From the NCBI GenBank assembly GCA_963751455.1, contig CAVVUN010000009.1, positions 96,001 to 160,000 of the forward strand: a stretch of DNA of 64,000 nt. Direction: 5' to 3'. Shown piece by piece: positions 9,867 to 18,697 of this stretch. Source of the DNA: Nitrospirota bacterium (GTDB taxonomy: Bacteria; Nitrospirota; UBA9217). Positions within the stretch are counted from its first letter, which is position 1. Each line of letters starts with the position of its first letter. The notes beneath the pieces are model-generated. The model saw nothing but the letters and a program-made list of their open reading frames with translations. It made no database searches and was not told where the DNA came from. The translations under genes and the position numbers were made by a program.

Positions 9867-11574
9867 ATGGCAAAGATCGCGATAGATCCGATCACCAGGA
9901 TAGAAGGACACTTGAGGATCGAGGCGCAGGTCGAGGGCGGCAAAGTCGTGGATGCATGGTCGTCGAGCACCATGTTCCGGGGGCTCGAGATCATTGTGAA
10001 GGGGCGCGATCCCCGGGAGGCTTGGCTCTTCGTCCAACGCATCTGAGGGGTCTGAACCACGGTTCACGCCACCGCCTCGGTGAGAGCGGTTGAAAACGCA
10101 TTAAAGATCCAGATACCGGATAACGCGAGAATCATTCGAAACCTGATCACGGGCATTCAGTACGTGCAGGACCATGTTGTGCATTTCTACCATCTGCATG
10201 CGCTCGACTGGGTGGACATCGTAAACTCGCTTAAAGCAGACCCAACGAAAACATCTTCTCTGGCCCAGTCGCTCTCCGATTGGCCGAATTCCTCGGCGAC
10301 CTATTTCAAGGGCGTGCAGCAGAAGGTCAAGGGGCTTGCCGAAAGCGGGCAGCTGGGACTCTTTGCTAACGCCTACTGGGGCCACCCGGCCTACAAACTG
10401 CCGGCGGAAGCAAATCTTATGGCGGTTGCGCATTATCTCGAAGCTCTCGAATGGCAGCGCGATGTCATCAGAATGCAGGCGCTGCTTGGGGCGAAGAATC
10501 CCCATGCCCAGACGTATCTGGTGGGCGGGGTATCCATTCCTGTTGACCCAAGCAGCCAGGAGGCCCTGAACGCGGGAAGCATCGCGTTCATGAACGATAT
10601 ATCGCAGAAGGCTCTCGATTTCGTTCAGAGGGTTTACATCCCTGACCTACTCGCGGTAGCGTCCTTCTATAAGGACTGGGCCTCCTACGGCGGCGGCGTT
10701 GGAAATTATCTCTCGTTCGGCGAGTTCCCTAACGACGGGGAAAGCAACACCGCGAATCTGTGGCTGCCGAGGGGCATTATCAAAGGGAAAAACCTGGCGA
10801 AAGTCGAGCCTGTGGACCAGGCGAAGATCATGGAATACATCACTCATTCCTGGTATGAGTATAAGGAAGGCGACGCCAAATCGAAGCACCCCTGGGACGG
10901 GGAGACTGATTTCAAATATTCCGGACCGAAACCGCCGTATGAATTTTTAAATACGGACAAGAAATACAGCTGGGTGAAGGCACCGCGTTATGAAGAGGCA
11001 CCAATGGAAGTCGGTCCTCTTTCGAGAATGCTGGTAGCGTACGCATCCGGTCATAAGCAGGTTAAGGATGCAGTTGATATGGTCCTGAAGAAACTCGGTG
11101 TCGGTGCCGGAGCGCTCTTCTCCACGCTCGGCAGAGTAGCGGCACGTGGCGTGGAGACGCTGCTTACCGCTCAGATGCTCCCTGTCTGGATAGCACAGCT
11201 TGGCGAGAATATGAAAAAGGGAGAACTGCGGATCCACAACGGAGATAAATGGGACCCCTCGTCTTGGCCGAATGAGGCCAGAGGGTTCGGGTTCCATGAA
11301 GCACCCCGCGGCGCGCTCGGTCACTGGATCGTCATCAAGGACAAGGCGATCGCAAATTACCAGGCGGTCGTACCGAGCACGTGGAACGGATCTCCGCGCG
11401 ACGCAAAAGGCCAGGGGCCCCTGGGAGCAGGCGCTCATCGGCACCCCGGTAGCCGACCCGAACAAACCGGTCGAAATCCTGCGCACGATACATTCGTTCG
11501 ACCCGTGCATGGCGTGCGCGGTCCACGTCGTGGATATGGAAGGAAAGGAAGTGACGAGGGTAAAAGTGGCATGA
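9867..11574 (+). CDS. Group 1 [NiFe]-hydrogenase large subunit 1 with two in-frame TGA codons (UxxU) in the L1 motif and a frameshift near 11413
   Basis: SD AAGGAGG; MAKIAIDPITRIEGH...RGLE...QRI-TGA(10044)-GV-TGA(10053)-TTVH, in frame with ORF 10080; C-terminal SFDPCMACAVH lies in the frame of ORF 11272-11574. Confidence 0.88.
10071..10090 (+). promoter_or_regulatory. Candidate bacterial SECIS hairpin
   Basis: ACCGC-CTC-[GGT]-GAG-A-GCGGT; G-first loop 23 nt after TGA2 and 32 nt after TGA1. Confidence 0.55.
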
Positions 11575-11642
11575 CGGGAAAAAATGCCGACACGAAGCTC
11601 TCTCTTGTCGTGACTTAGAGTCTATTTTAACATGTTCTTTTT

Positions 11643-11714
11643 CGTCATGCCGGACTTGATCCGGCATCCAGAAAGTTATGAAAAGACCGGATTCCAGCTT
11701 TCGCTGGAATGACG
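11643..11714. repeat. REP-like palindromic element between large subunit and cytochrome b genes
   Basis: CGTCAT...ATGACG ends; internal hairpins ATGCCGGA/TCCGGCAT and ATTCCAGC/GCTGGAAT. Confidence 0.7.
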
Positions 11715-11779
11715 TTTTGTTTGCGTGATATAAATATAATTATAATTATACAGTCAGGATAAAGATAAGGAGGTGCCGC

Positions 11780-12445
11780 ATGCCTCAAAATACGAGAATA
11801 CGGGTGTACGCATGGGAATTTCCGGTCCGGTTCACGCACTGGATGAATGCGCTCTGCCTCGTGGCCCTCAGTATCACCGGGTATTACATCGCGTATCCGT
11901 TCATCCATGCTGTGTCGACCAGTCAGAACATCATGGGGTGGATGCGGTTTATTCACTTCGTGTCAGCGTACGTTCTCCTGATGATGATCATCATCAGGAT
12001 CTACTGGATGTTTGCGGGCAACCGCTATGCGAGCTGGAGGGTTTTTATCCCGCTTACAGGGCGTCAGTGGGAGGACATGTGGGCGGGGCTGAAGTTTTAT
12101 CTGTTCATGACGAGAAAGCCTCCCTACGCAGTCGGGCATTCTGCAATGGCGTCGATTACGTATCTGGCAGTCTTCCTCCTGTTCCTCTTCGAAATCGCGT
12201 CCGGCTTTGCGCTTTACTCACAGGGCAACAGGGGGTTCTTTAACGCTGTCCTGGGCGGCTGGCTTCTGGCGTTCATGAACGTGCAGACGATACGGTTGTG
12301 GCACCATCTCGTTATGTATTTTCTTCTGGTCTTCACAATCATCCACGTGTATATCGGCTGGTATCTCGACAGCGCCGAGAAGAACGGGGTCATGGGATCC
12401 ATATTCGGAGGCTATAAGTTCGTCACCGGAAAAGAGTGGGAATAG
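11780..12445 (+). CDS. [NiFe]-hydrogenase b-type cytochrome subunit 1
   Basis: VRFTHW, RFIHF, GH, RLWHH, IIHVY heme His motifs; 4 TM. Confidence 0.92.
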   Translation: MPQNTRIRVYAWEFPVRFTHWMNALCLVALSITGYYIAYPFIHAVSTSQNIMGWMRFIHFVSAYVLLMMIIIRIYWMFAGNRYASWRVFIPLTGRQWEDMWAGLKFYLFMTRKPPYAVGHSAMASITYLAVFLLFLFEIASGFALYSQGNRGFFNAVLGGWLLAFMNVQTIRLWHHLVMYFLLVFTIIHVYIGWYLDSAEKNGVMGSIFGGYKFVTGKEWE

Positions 12446-12516
12446 GGGGGATAATGAATTGCAAATTGCAAAGTTAAAAGTGAAAAGATAATAATCAAAG
12501 AGCTGTACCGCGAGAA

Positions 12517-13068
12517 ATGAAAAAGAATCAAACAAAAAAATCTCAATATGTGACCGTCCTCGGACTCGGCAATATTCTCCTTTCCGATGAAGGCGTGGGT
12601 GTGCATGCCGCATGCATGCTGAGGAAAAAATATTCTTTTACTCCCAAGGTCGAGATCATTGACGGCGGCACAATGGGTCTCGACCTTCTACCGCTTTTTC
12701 AGGACCGAGATCGCATACTGATCATGGATGCAGTAGACTTCGGAAAGCCGCCGGGCCACATCGCAATGGTCGAGGGAGATGCTATCCCATCAGTACTCAA
12801 ATCAAAACTATCCGTCCATCATATCGGCCTCTCCGATCTGCTTCTAGCAGCAAAACTGACGCGTCATACCTCTCTTGAAATTTGTCTCGTGGGCATCCAG
12901 CCGCAATCCTTGGATATCGGTCTCGAATTAACGGAAGGGATCCGCACCGGGATGGACGTTTTAATCAAGAAGGCAGTTCAGAAGTTGACAGAATGGAATA
13001 TCAGCTGTAACGCTCGATCGGCACCTCACGAAGAAAATATCTCCAACCTTCTTCAATTGTCTTTATAA
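12517..13068 (+). CDS. Hydrogenase maturation endopeptidase (HyaD/HybD family) 1
   Basis: GLGNILLSDEGVG, DGGTMG, DAVD, SVHHIG. Confidence 0.92.
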   Translation: MKKNQTKKSQYVTVLGLGNILLSDEGVGVHAACMLRKKYSFTPKVEIIDGGTMGLDLLPLFQDRDRILIMDAVDFGKPPGHIAMVEGDAIPSVLKSKLSVHHIGLSDLLLAAKLTRHTSLEICLVGIQPQSLDIGLELTEGIRTGMDVLIKKAVQKLTEWNISCNARSAPHEENISNLLQLSL

Positions 13069-13244
13069 TAACCCCTTGATTTATAAACCCGCCTTTATCT
13101 GCCTCATTCTGATCAGTTCTGTCATATCAGGTCTAGAATCCTGGCTCCTCATGATCCATGCATATGCGAATTCTTATCGAATTATGGCCATATTCCAAAT
13201 TAAGATACAGTTTAACAATAACAAAAACTGATAAAAATATAAGT

Positions 13245-13273
13245 TTGACAAATAGGCTGCTGTATGCTATTGA
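13245..13273 (+). promoter_or_regulatory. Sigma70-type promoter of hydrogenase operon 2
   Basis: TTGACA-17 nt-TATTGA with TG extension. Confidence 0.45.
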
Positions 13274-13384
13274 TAATCCGGCTGTAACCTTCTGCACCAG
13301 TTAGCAGTGTTCCTGGAAAAATAATAATCTGAACAATAATCGTTTCAGTGTTTTTTCGTCAATTAACCGACAAGGAGGATGCTT

Positions 13385-14494
13385 ATGGGTAAGAAAGACG
13401 AAGTAAGCAGCCAGTTTCTCGATGCGCTCGAGTTCCGGGGCATCAAACGAAGAGATTTTTTAAAGTTTTGTACTGCAACCGCCGCCCTTCTCGGACTTTC
13501 TGAATTCCAGGCCCCTCAAATAGCCGCAGCCCTGGAAAAGGCTGCCAAGAGACAACCTGTTGTCTGGCTTAATTTCGCATCCGATTCAGGATGCACCGAA
13601 GCATTCATCAAGGCAACCTACCCGAATCCAGCCCAAGTCATCCTCGATATCCTGAGCGTTGATTACAACGAAACCATTATGGCCGCGGCCGGCAAACAGG
13701 CGGAAGAAATACTTGCCTCATCAGCGAAGGCCGGCGGCTATATCCTGATCGTAGAAGGTGGCATCCCGACCAAAAAAGGGCACGGCATGATCGGGAACAA
13801 GGAAATGCTCGATGTGCTGAAGGAAATGGCAGCGCCCGCTGTTGCCGTGATCGCAATCGGCAGCTGCGCAACCGATGGAGGCGTGCCGGCCGCGAAGCCG
13901 AATCCCTCGCAGATCATTGGCACCGGCGAGGCGCTCAAGAAGGTCAATATCAGCAAGCCGCTCATCAATCTTGATCTCTGCCCCGTGAATCCGGAATACC
14001 TTGTCGGTGTGGTGGTCAATTATTTGCTTCTCGGGAAGATCCCGGATCTCGATGGCTTCGGAAGGCCGAAGATGTTCTATGGACAGACGATACACGACAA
14101 CTGTGAACGGCGGGCGCACTTCGACGGAGGCAGATTTGTCGATAAATTCGGCACTCAGGAAGAGGCTTTGGGTTATTGCCTGTACAAAATGGGCTGCAAG
14201 GGGCCGATGACCTATTCCGCATGTCCAAAGATCCAATACAATGACCGGACGAGCTGGTGCATCAAGGCCGGCGGGCCGTGCATCGGCTGCGCTGAGCGGG
14301 GATGGACGGACAAGTTTGCAGGGTTCTATGAACCCCTGCCCGGAGTGAAAATACCGGGTCTGGGCGGCGTGGAGGCAGGTGCCGATAAGATAGGGGCAGT
14401 TGCCGCAGCGGCCACGGCCGTCGGCATCGCGATTCATGCAGCAGCAACGGGAACTTCCGGAAGGACCAAAGAAAAAGACGGAGGTAAAAAATAA
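13385..14494 (+). CDS. Group 1 [NiFe]-hydrogenase small subunit 2 (Tat signal, TM anchor)
   Basis: KRRDFLK; ASDSGCTE, GSCA, DLCP, HDNCERR, CLYKMGCKGP, PCIGC. Confidence 0.93.
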   Translation: MGKKDEVSSQFLDALEFRGIKRRDFLKFCTATAALLGLSEFQAPQIAAALEKAAKRQPVVWLNFASDSGCTEAFIKATYPNPAQVILDILSVDYNETIMAAAGKQAEEILASSAKAGGYILIVEGGIPTKKGHGMIGNKEMLDVLKEMAAPAVAVIAIGSCATDGGVPAAKPNPSQIIGTGEALKKVNISKPLINLDLCPVNPEYLVGVVVNYLLLGKIPDLDGFGRPKMFYGQTIHDNCERRAHFDGGRFVDKFGTQEEALGYCLYKMGCKGPMTYSACPKIQYNDRTSWCIKAGGPCIGCAERGWTDKFAGFYEPLPGVKIPGLGGVEAGADKIGAVAAAATAVGIAIHAAATGTSGRTKEKDGGKK

Positions 14495-16086
14495 TGGCCA
14501 GGATAACCATAGACCCGATGACAAGGATCGAAGGACATCTGAGGATCGATGTCGAGATCGAAGGCGGCAAGGTAAAGGACGCATGGACAACCGGTACGCT
14601 GTTCCGGGGCTTCGAGATCATCCTGCAGGGAAGAGACCCGAGGGATGCCTGGCATATAACGCAGCGGATCTGCGGAGTCTGCCCGACGTCGCACGGCCAT
14701 ACCTCCTCCATGAGCATGGATGATGCCTTCAAGGTTAAACCGCCGGACAACGGCCGCATCATAAGAAATATCGTAGAAGGCGCACAGTTCGTACATTCCC
14801 ATATCCTCTGGTTCTATCACCTGAACGCTCTGGACTATGTCGATGTTGTCTCGGCCTTGAAGGCCCAGCCCAAAGAGGCCTCCCTCAAGAAAGTGCAGAA
14901 CAAACTCAAGTCCTTTGTCGAGTCCGGGCAGCTCGGCCCGTTCGCAAACGCATACTGGGGGCACCCTGCATACAAACTGCCGCCTGAGCTCAATCTCCTT
15001 GCTGTCGCCCATTATCTTGAAGCGCTGGAAATGCAGGCAAAGGCCGCCCAGGTGAGCGCGCTCTTCGGCGGAAGGATGCCGATGACGATGACGAGCCCAC
15101 CCGGAGGCGTAACCCATGTGCCTACAGTGGACGATCTCAAAAACTATCTCTTCAGGGTCAAGGAACTGCAGGACTGGATCGACAATGTTTACATCCCGGA
15201 TGTGCTCGCGATTGCGCCCTTCTACCTGAGCTACGCAGGCGTGGGAAAGGGCCACGGCAACTTCCTGTCCTGGGGTGTTTTTGAAGACGCTTCGTTCGAT
15301 CCCAAGAAACGGCTCCTGCCGAGGGGAGCCATATTCGCCGCTGATTTCCCCAAGGTGCATGATGCGAAGCCTGAGGACGTGACAGAGCATACATCCCACA
15401 GCTGGTACAAGGGTGGGAAACCGCTGAATCCGGCCGTGGGCGAGACGGACCCGGATTACACCGGGTACGATTCGAACAAGAAGTATACCTGGGCCAAGGC
15501 GCCCCGGTTCCAGAACAAGCCCATGGAAGTGGGCGCCCTTGCCAGGATGCTCGTGGCATATGCCACAGGACAGCCCACTGCCAAGAAGATGATCGACGAC
15601 ACGCTCGCGAAGATAGGGCATGCCGGGCAGCCGCAGGTGCTTCTGGGTGTGGTCGGCAGAATCGCAGCGCGCGCGCTGGAATGCAAAATGATCGCGGATG
15701 CGATGTACCAATGGGGCATCGACCTTGTAACGAACATAAAGAACGGGAATACAGCGGTCTATAACGATTACAAGATACCCGACAAGGCGCAGGGAATCGG
15801 TCTCTGGGAGGCGCCTCGCGGAGCGCTTGGCCATTGGATCGACGTCGAAGGCAAGAAGATCAAGAACTACCAGTGCGTAGTTCCGACCACGTGGAATGTC
15901 TGCCCCCGAGACGATAACGGGGTGCGCGGACCGATCGAGCAGGCGTTGGTTGGAACTGCCGTTGCCGACGCCAACAAGCCTCTTGAAGTGATGCGGGTAG
16001 TCCATTCCTTCGACCCGTGCCTTGCCTGTACGGTACATGTGATCCATCCCGAGTCGAACCGGATTATGGACTTCAAGGTCTCATGA
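14494..16086 (+). CDS. Group 1 (1a-like) [NiFe]-hydrogenase large subunit 2, all-Cys
   Basis: RIEGH, RICGVCPTSH, SFDPCLACTVH plus cleavable tail. Confidence 0.95.
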   Translation: MARITIDPMTRIEGHLRIDVEIEGGKVKDAWTTGTLFRGFEIILQGRDPRDAWHITQRICGVCPTSHGHTSSMSMDDAFKVKPPDNGRIIRNIVEGAQFVHSHILWFYHLNALDYVDVVSALKAQPKEASLKKVQNKLKSFVESGQLGPFANAYWGHPAYKLPPELNLLAVAHYLEALEMQAKAAQVSALFGGRMPMTMTSPPGGVTHVPTVDDLKNYLFRVKELQDWIDNVYIPDVLAIAPFYLSYAGVGKGHGNFLSWGVFEDASFDPKKRLLPRGAIFAADFPKVHDAKPEDVTEHTSHSWYKGGKPLNPAVGETDPDYTGYDSNKKYTWAKAPRFQNKPMEVGALARMLVAYATGQPTAKKMIDDTLAKIGHAGQPQVLLGVVGRIAARALECKMIADAMYQWGIDLVTNIKNGNTAVYNDYKIPDKAQGIGLWEAPRGALGHWIDVEGKKIKNYQCVVPTTWNVCPRDDNGVRGPIEQALVGTAVADANKPLEVMRVVHSFDPCLACTVHVIHPESNRIMDFKVS

Positions 16087-16099
16087 GAAGGAGGATGCC

Positions 16100-16738
16100 A
16101 TGACAAACCAAATGACAAAAGAGTGGAGCCTTGGCTACATCCTCGATCACTGGCTCAGGGTGGCAGCCATAGCTGTGCTTATTTTTACCGGCCTTTATAT
16201 TCACTGGCCGTTCATTCCGGGCGGGCCAGAAAGCTTCATCATGGCCTCGATGCGGTTCTTCCACTTTGTGGCGGCGTATGCGCTGATCCTGGGGCTCGTT
16301 CTGCGGGTATATATGGCGTTCCGGTCCACGTTCGATCCCGACTGGAAGGACTTTTGCGTAAGCGAAAACCTGAAAAACCTTCCGGACATCATGGGCTACT
16401 ATCTTTTTATAAAGAAGTCGCATAAAGACTACCGGAAGTACAACCCGCTCCAGGCACTATCGTATCTGTTTGTAGCCCTGGTTATCATATTCACGGCCTT
16501 TACCGGGGCGGCTATCTACCACGGAAGGCTGTTTATGGTATTTCCCCAAGACAGTTTCCGGTGGGTGAACTCGATGTTTGGCGGGGAGCCTTATACCAGG
16601 ATATGGCACATTCTGTCCATGTGGTTTTTTATCATCTTCATGCTGATCCATGTCTACATGGCGTTGATGATATCCTGGGTGAATAAAGACAGGACCTTTT
16701 CATCGATTTTCACCGGTTACAAACTGAAAAAAGATTAA
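16100..16738 (+). CDS. [NiFe]-hydrogenase b-type cytochrome subunit 2
   Basis: DHW, RFFHF, YNPLQ, RIWH, IHVY. Confidence 0.9.
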   Translation: MTNQMTKEWSLGYILDHWLRVAAIAVLIFTGLYIHWPFIPGGPESFIMASMRFFHFVAAYALILGLVLRVYMAFRSTFDPDWKDFCVSENLKNLPDIMGYYLFIKKSHKDYRKYNPLQALSYLFVALVIIFTAFTGAAIYHGRLFMVFPQDSFRWVNSMFGGEPYTRIWHILSMWFFIIFMLIHVYMALMISWVNKDRTFSSIFTGYKLKKD

Positions 16739-16740
16739 TT

Positions 16741-17247
16741 ATGATATTGAATGAAGAGTTGCGGGGAGGCGTCTCAGCGCTTCCCCGCAAAGTTTTGATA
16801 CTCGGTGTAGGCAACCTGCTCCTCACGGACGACGGCTTCGGCGTCCATCTGATCAATTCCCTCAAAGAAACGATTTTCCCGGAAAATGTATCCCTGCTCG
16901 AAGCAGGGACGGTCAGCCATCAGTTGGTCCCGCTGCTGCACGAGATGGACCACCTGATCGTTATAGATGCGGTTCAGGCCGGCGATGCGCCTGGTGCGCT
17001 GTTCCGTTTTTCGCCGGAGGATATCCGTTATCAGTCCGAGCAAATGGTCTCCTTGCACCAGATAAGCCTGATTGACGTTTTGCGGATGGCTGAACTTACG
17101 GGTCGAAAGCCGAAGACCGTCATTATCGGTGTCCAGCCGAAAGACGTTTCCTCGTGGTCGCTCGAGTTGACAGACGAACTCAGGGCGGTAATGCCCCGGG
17201 TCAGGGAACTGGTATTTGAAGAACTGAGGAAAATTGAGATCCTGTGA
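16741..17247 (+). CDS. Hydrogenase maturation endopeptidase 2
   Basis: GVGNLLLTDDGFG, IDAV, SLHQ. Confidence 0.92.
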   Translation: MILNEELRGGVSALPRKVLILGVGNLLLTDDGFGVHLINSLKETIFPENVSLLEAGTVSHQLVPLLHEMDHLIVIDAVQAGDAPGALFRFSPEDIRYQSEQMVSLHQISLIDVLRMAELTGRKPKTVIIGVQPKDVSSWSLELTDELRAVMPRVRELVFEELRKIEIL

Positions 17248-17364
17248 CAGTGGAACACAAGGCAAGGGCGGGAATAGTATCCAAAGTCTTGACAGTTCCT
17301 CTCATATGTGCGATATATAAATTCAGGGCCTTACTTCGTTTAACGGTTAGATCGGACTGTTTCA

Positions 17365-17904
17365 ATGTGTCTTGCAATTCCCTCTAGAATTATCAGCATA
17401 AACAATTTATTTGCCACCGTTGACGTTTTCGGCGCCAGGAAAGAAGTGAGCCTCATGCTCATGCCCGAGGAGATCACGATCGGGGACTACGTCCTGGTCC
17501 ATGCCGGTTTTGCAATCCAAAAAGTCGATAAAGAGATCGTCGAAACGGGAAAATCCATGCACGAAACCGCTCTTGCACTCAGTATTCTGGATATCATAGT
17601 GGAAAAATGCAGTGAAGCAGGCGGCCGAACAGTCGATTCCGTAAGGGTCAGGATCGGGAAGGCCGCCGGCGTGCTGCCTGAGGCGCTTCAATTCGCGTTC
17701 GAGGCGGCAAAGACTACCACCGTTGCGGAAAAGGCCGAGTTGATCATAGAGAGTGTACCCGTGGGAGGGTCGTGCAATGATTGTAAAAAAGATTTTTCCG
17801 TTGACGACGTTCCTTATGTATTCGCCTGCCCGCTCTGCGGCTCCAAAGCGTTCGAGATCAAGACAGGACGCGAGATGGAAATCGTTGACATGGAGGTAAA
17901 TTAG
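17365..17904 (+). CDS. HypC-HypA fusion
   Basis: MCLAIP...GDYVLVHAGFAI (HypC) runs in frame into MHE...CNDC...CPLC (HypA, ATG 17557). Confidence 0.88.
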   Translation: MCLAIPSRIISINNLFATVDVFGARKEVSLMLMPEEITIGDYVLVHAGFAIQKVDKEIVETGKSMHETALALSILDIIVEKCSEAGGRTVDSVRVRIGKAAGVLPEALQFAFEAAKTTTVAEKAELIIESVPVGGSCNDCKKDFSVDDVPYVFACPLCGSKAFEIKTGREMEIVDMEVN

Positions 17905-17917
17905 CCCCGAAAATTTC

Positions 17918-18023
17918 ACCGCGAAGACGCTAAGGACGCGAGGAAGTCTCTAAGGGCGGAAAGTATTATCTGCCGTAAAGATAGGTGTCCATGGTTTCCT
18001 CGCGCTCTTCGCGCCCTCGCGGT
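17918..18023. repeat. Inverted-repeat element built from ~9-mer units
   Basis: ACCGCGAAGACGCTAAGGACGCGAGGAA ... TTCCTCGCGCTCTTCGCGCCCTCGCGGT. Confidence 0.7.
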
Positions 18024-18052
18024 TAGTCCCGTTTTGCTCTTTGGAGGTTTTT

Positions 18053-18697
18053 TTGAAAGTTAAAGTTGTAACCCGCATACTCGAAGCGAATGACCGTATC
18101 GCAGATGAGAACCGGAAGCGGTTCAAGGAAGCCGGGGTCTACGTCGTGAATCTTATGGGCGCACCGGGAGCGGGCAAGACCACGCTGCTCGAACGGACGA
18201 TCCGGGAGCTGAAGCCACACACGAGGATCGGCGTAATAGAAGGGGACATTGTCGGGACCGACGACGCTGAACGGATCGGCGCTCTCGATGTTCCCGTGGT
18301 CCAGATCAATACCGGCGGCGCCTGTCATCTCGACGCGAATATGATCAGCGAAGTCCTCAAAGAACTGCCGCTCAAGGAACTCGATATGCTGATCATCGAG
18401 AACGTGGGGAACCTGGTTTGTCCCGCGGAGTTCAAGGTGGGAGAGGATATGAAGATGATGGTCCTTTCCCTGGCTGAAGGACATGACAAGCCGCTAAAAT
18501 ATCCTCTCATGTTTCGCGAGTCATCAGCCCTGGTCCTCAATAAGATAGACCTTCTCCCGTACATGAACACGGACATCGGGAAGGTCAGAAAAGACTCGCT
18601 CGCTCTCAATCCGCAATTAAAAATATTCGAAGTATCCTGTGCCAACGGAGCGGGGATCGATGCGTGGGCCACATGGTTGAGCGGGCTCAAGTCATAG
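18053..18697 (+). CDS. hypB: Hydrogenase nickel incorporation GTPase
   Basis: GAPGAGKT, IEGD, CHLDA, ENVGNLVCP, NKID; GGAGG before TTG. Confidence 0.95.
   Translation: MKVKVVTRILEANDRIADENRKRFKEAGVYVVNLMGAPGAGKTTLLERTIRELKPHTRIGVIEGDIVGTDDAERIGALDVPVVQINTGGACHLDANMISEVLKELPLKELDMLIIENVGNLVCPAEFKVGEDMKMMVLSLAEGHDKPLKYPLMFRESSALVLNKIDLLPYMNTDIGKVRKDSLALNPQLKIFEVSCANGAGIDAWATWLSGLKS

Noticed and set aside
10044-10055. Genome-wide TGA reassignment (code 4 or 25)
   Set aside because: TGA ends many genes here (7592, 16086, 17247, 36123, 58614), and the two internal TGAs align to Cys rather than Trp or Gly.
9809-10093. ORF-track 94-aa ORF and the GTG 10080 start for the large subunit
   Set aside because: Both are artefacts of the internal TGAs; the SD and conserved N-terminus are at 9867.
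14434-16047. Long antisense ORFs (537 aa here; also 13721-14590, 18886-19776, 25470-26366)
   Set aside because: They are shadows of well-supported opposite-strand genes and have no motifs.
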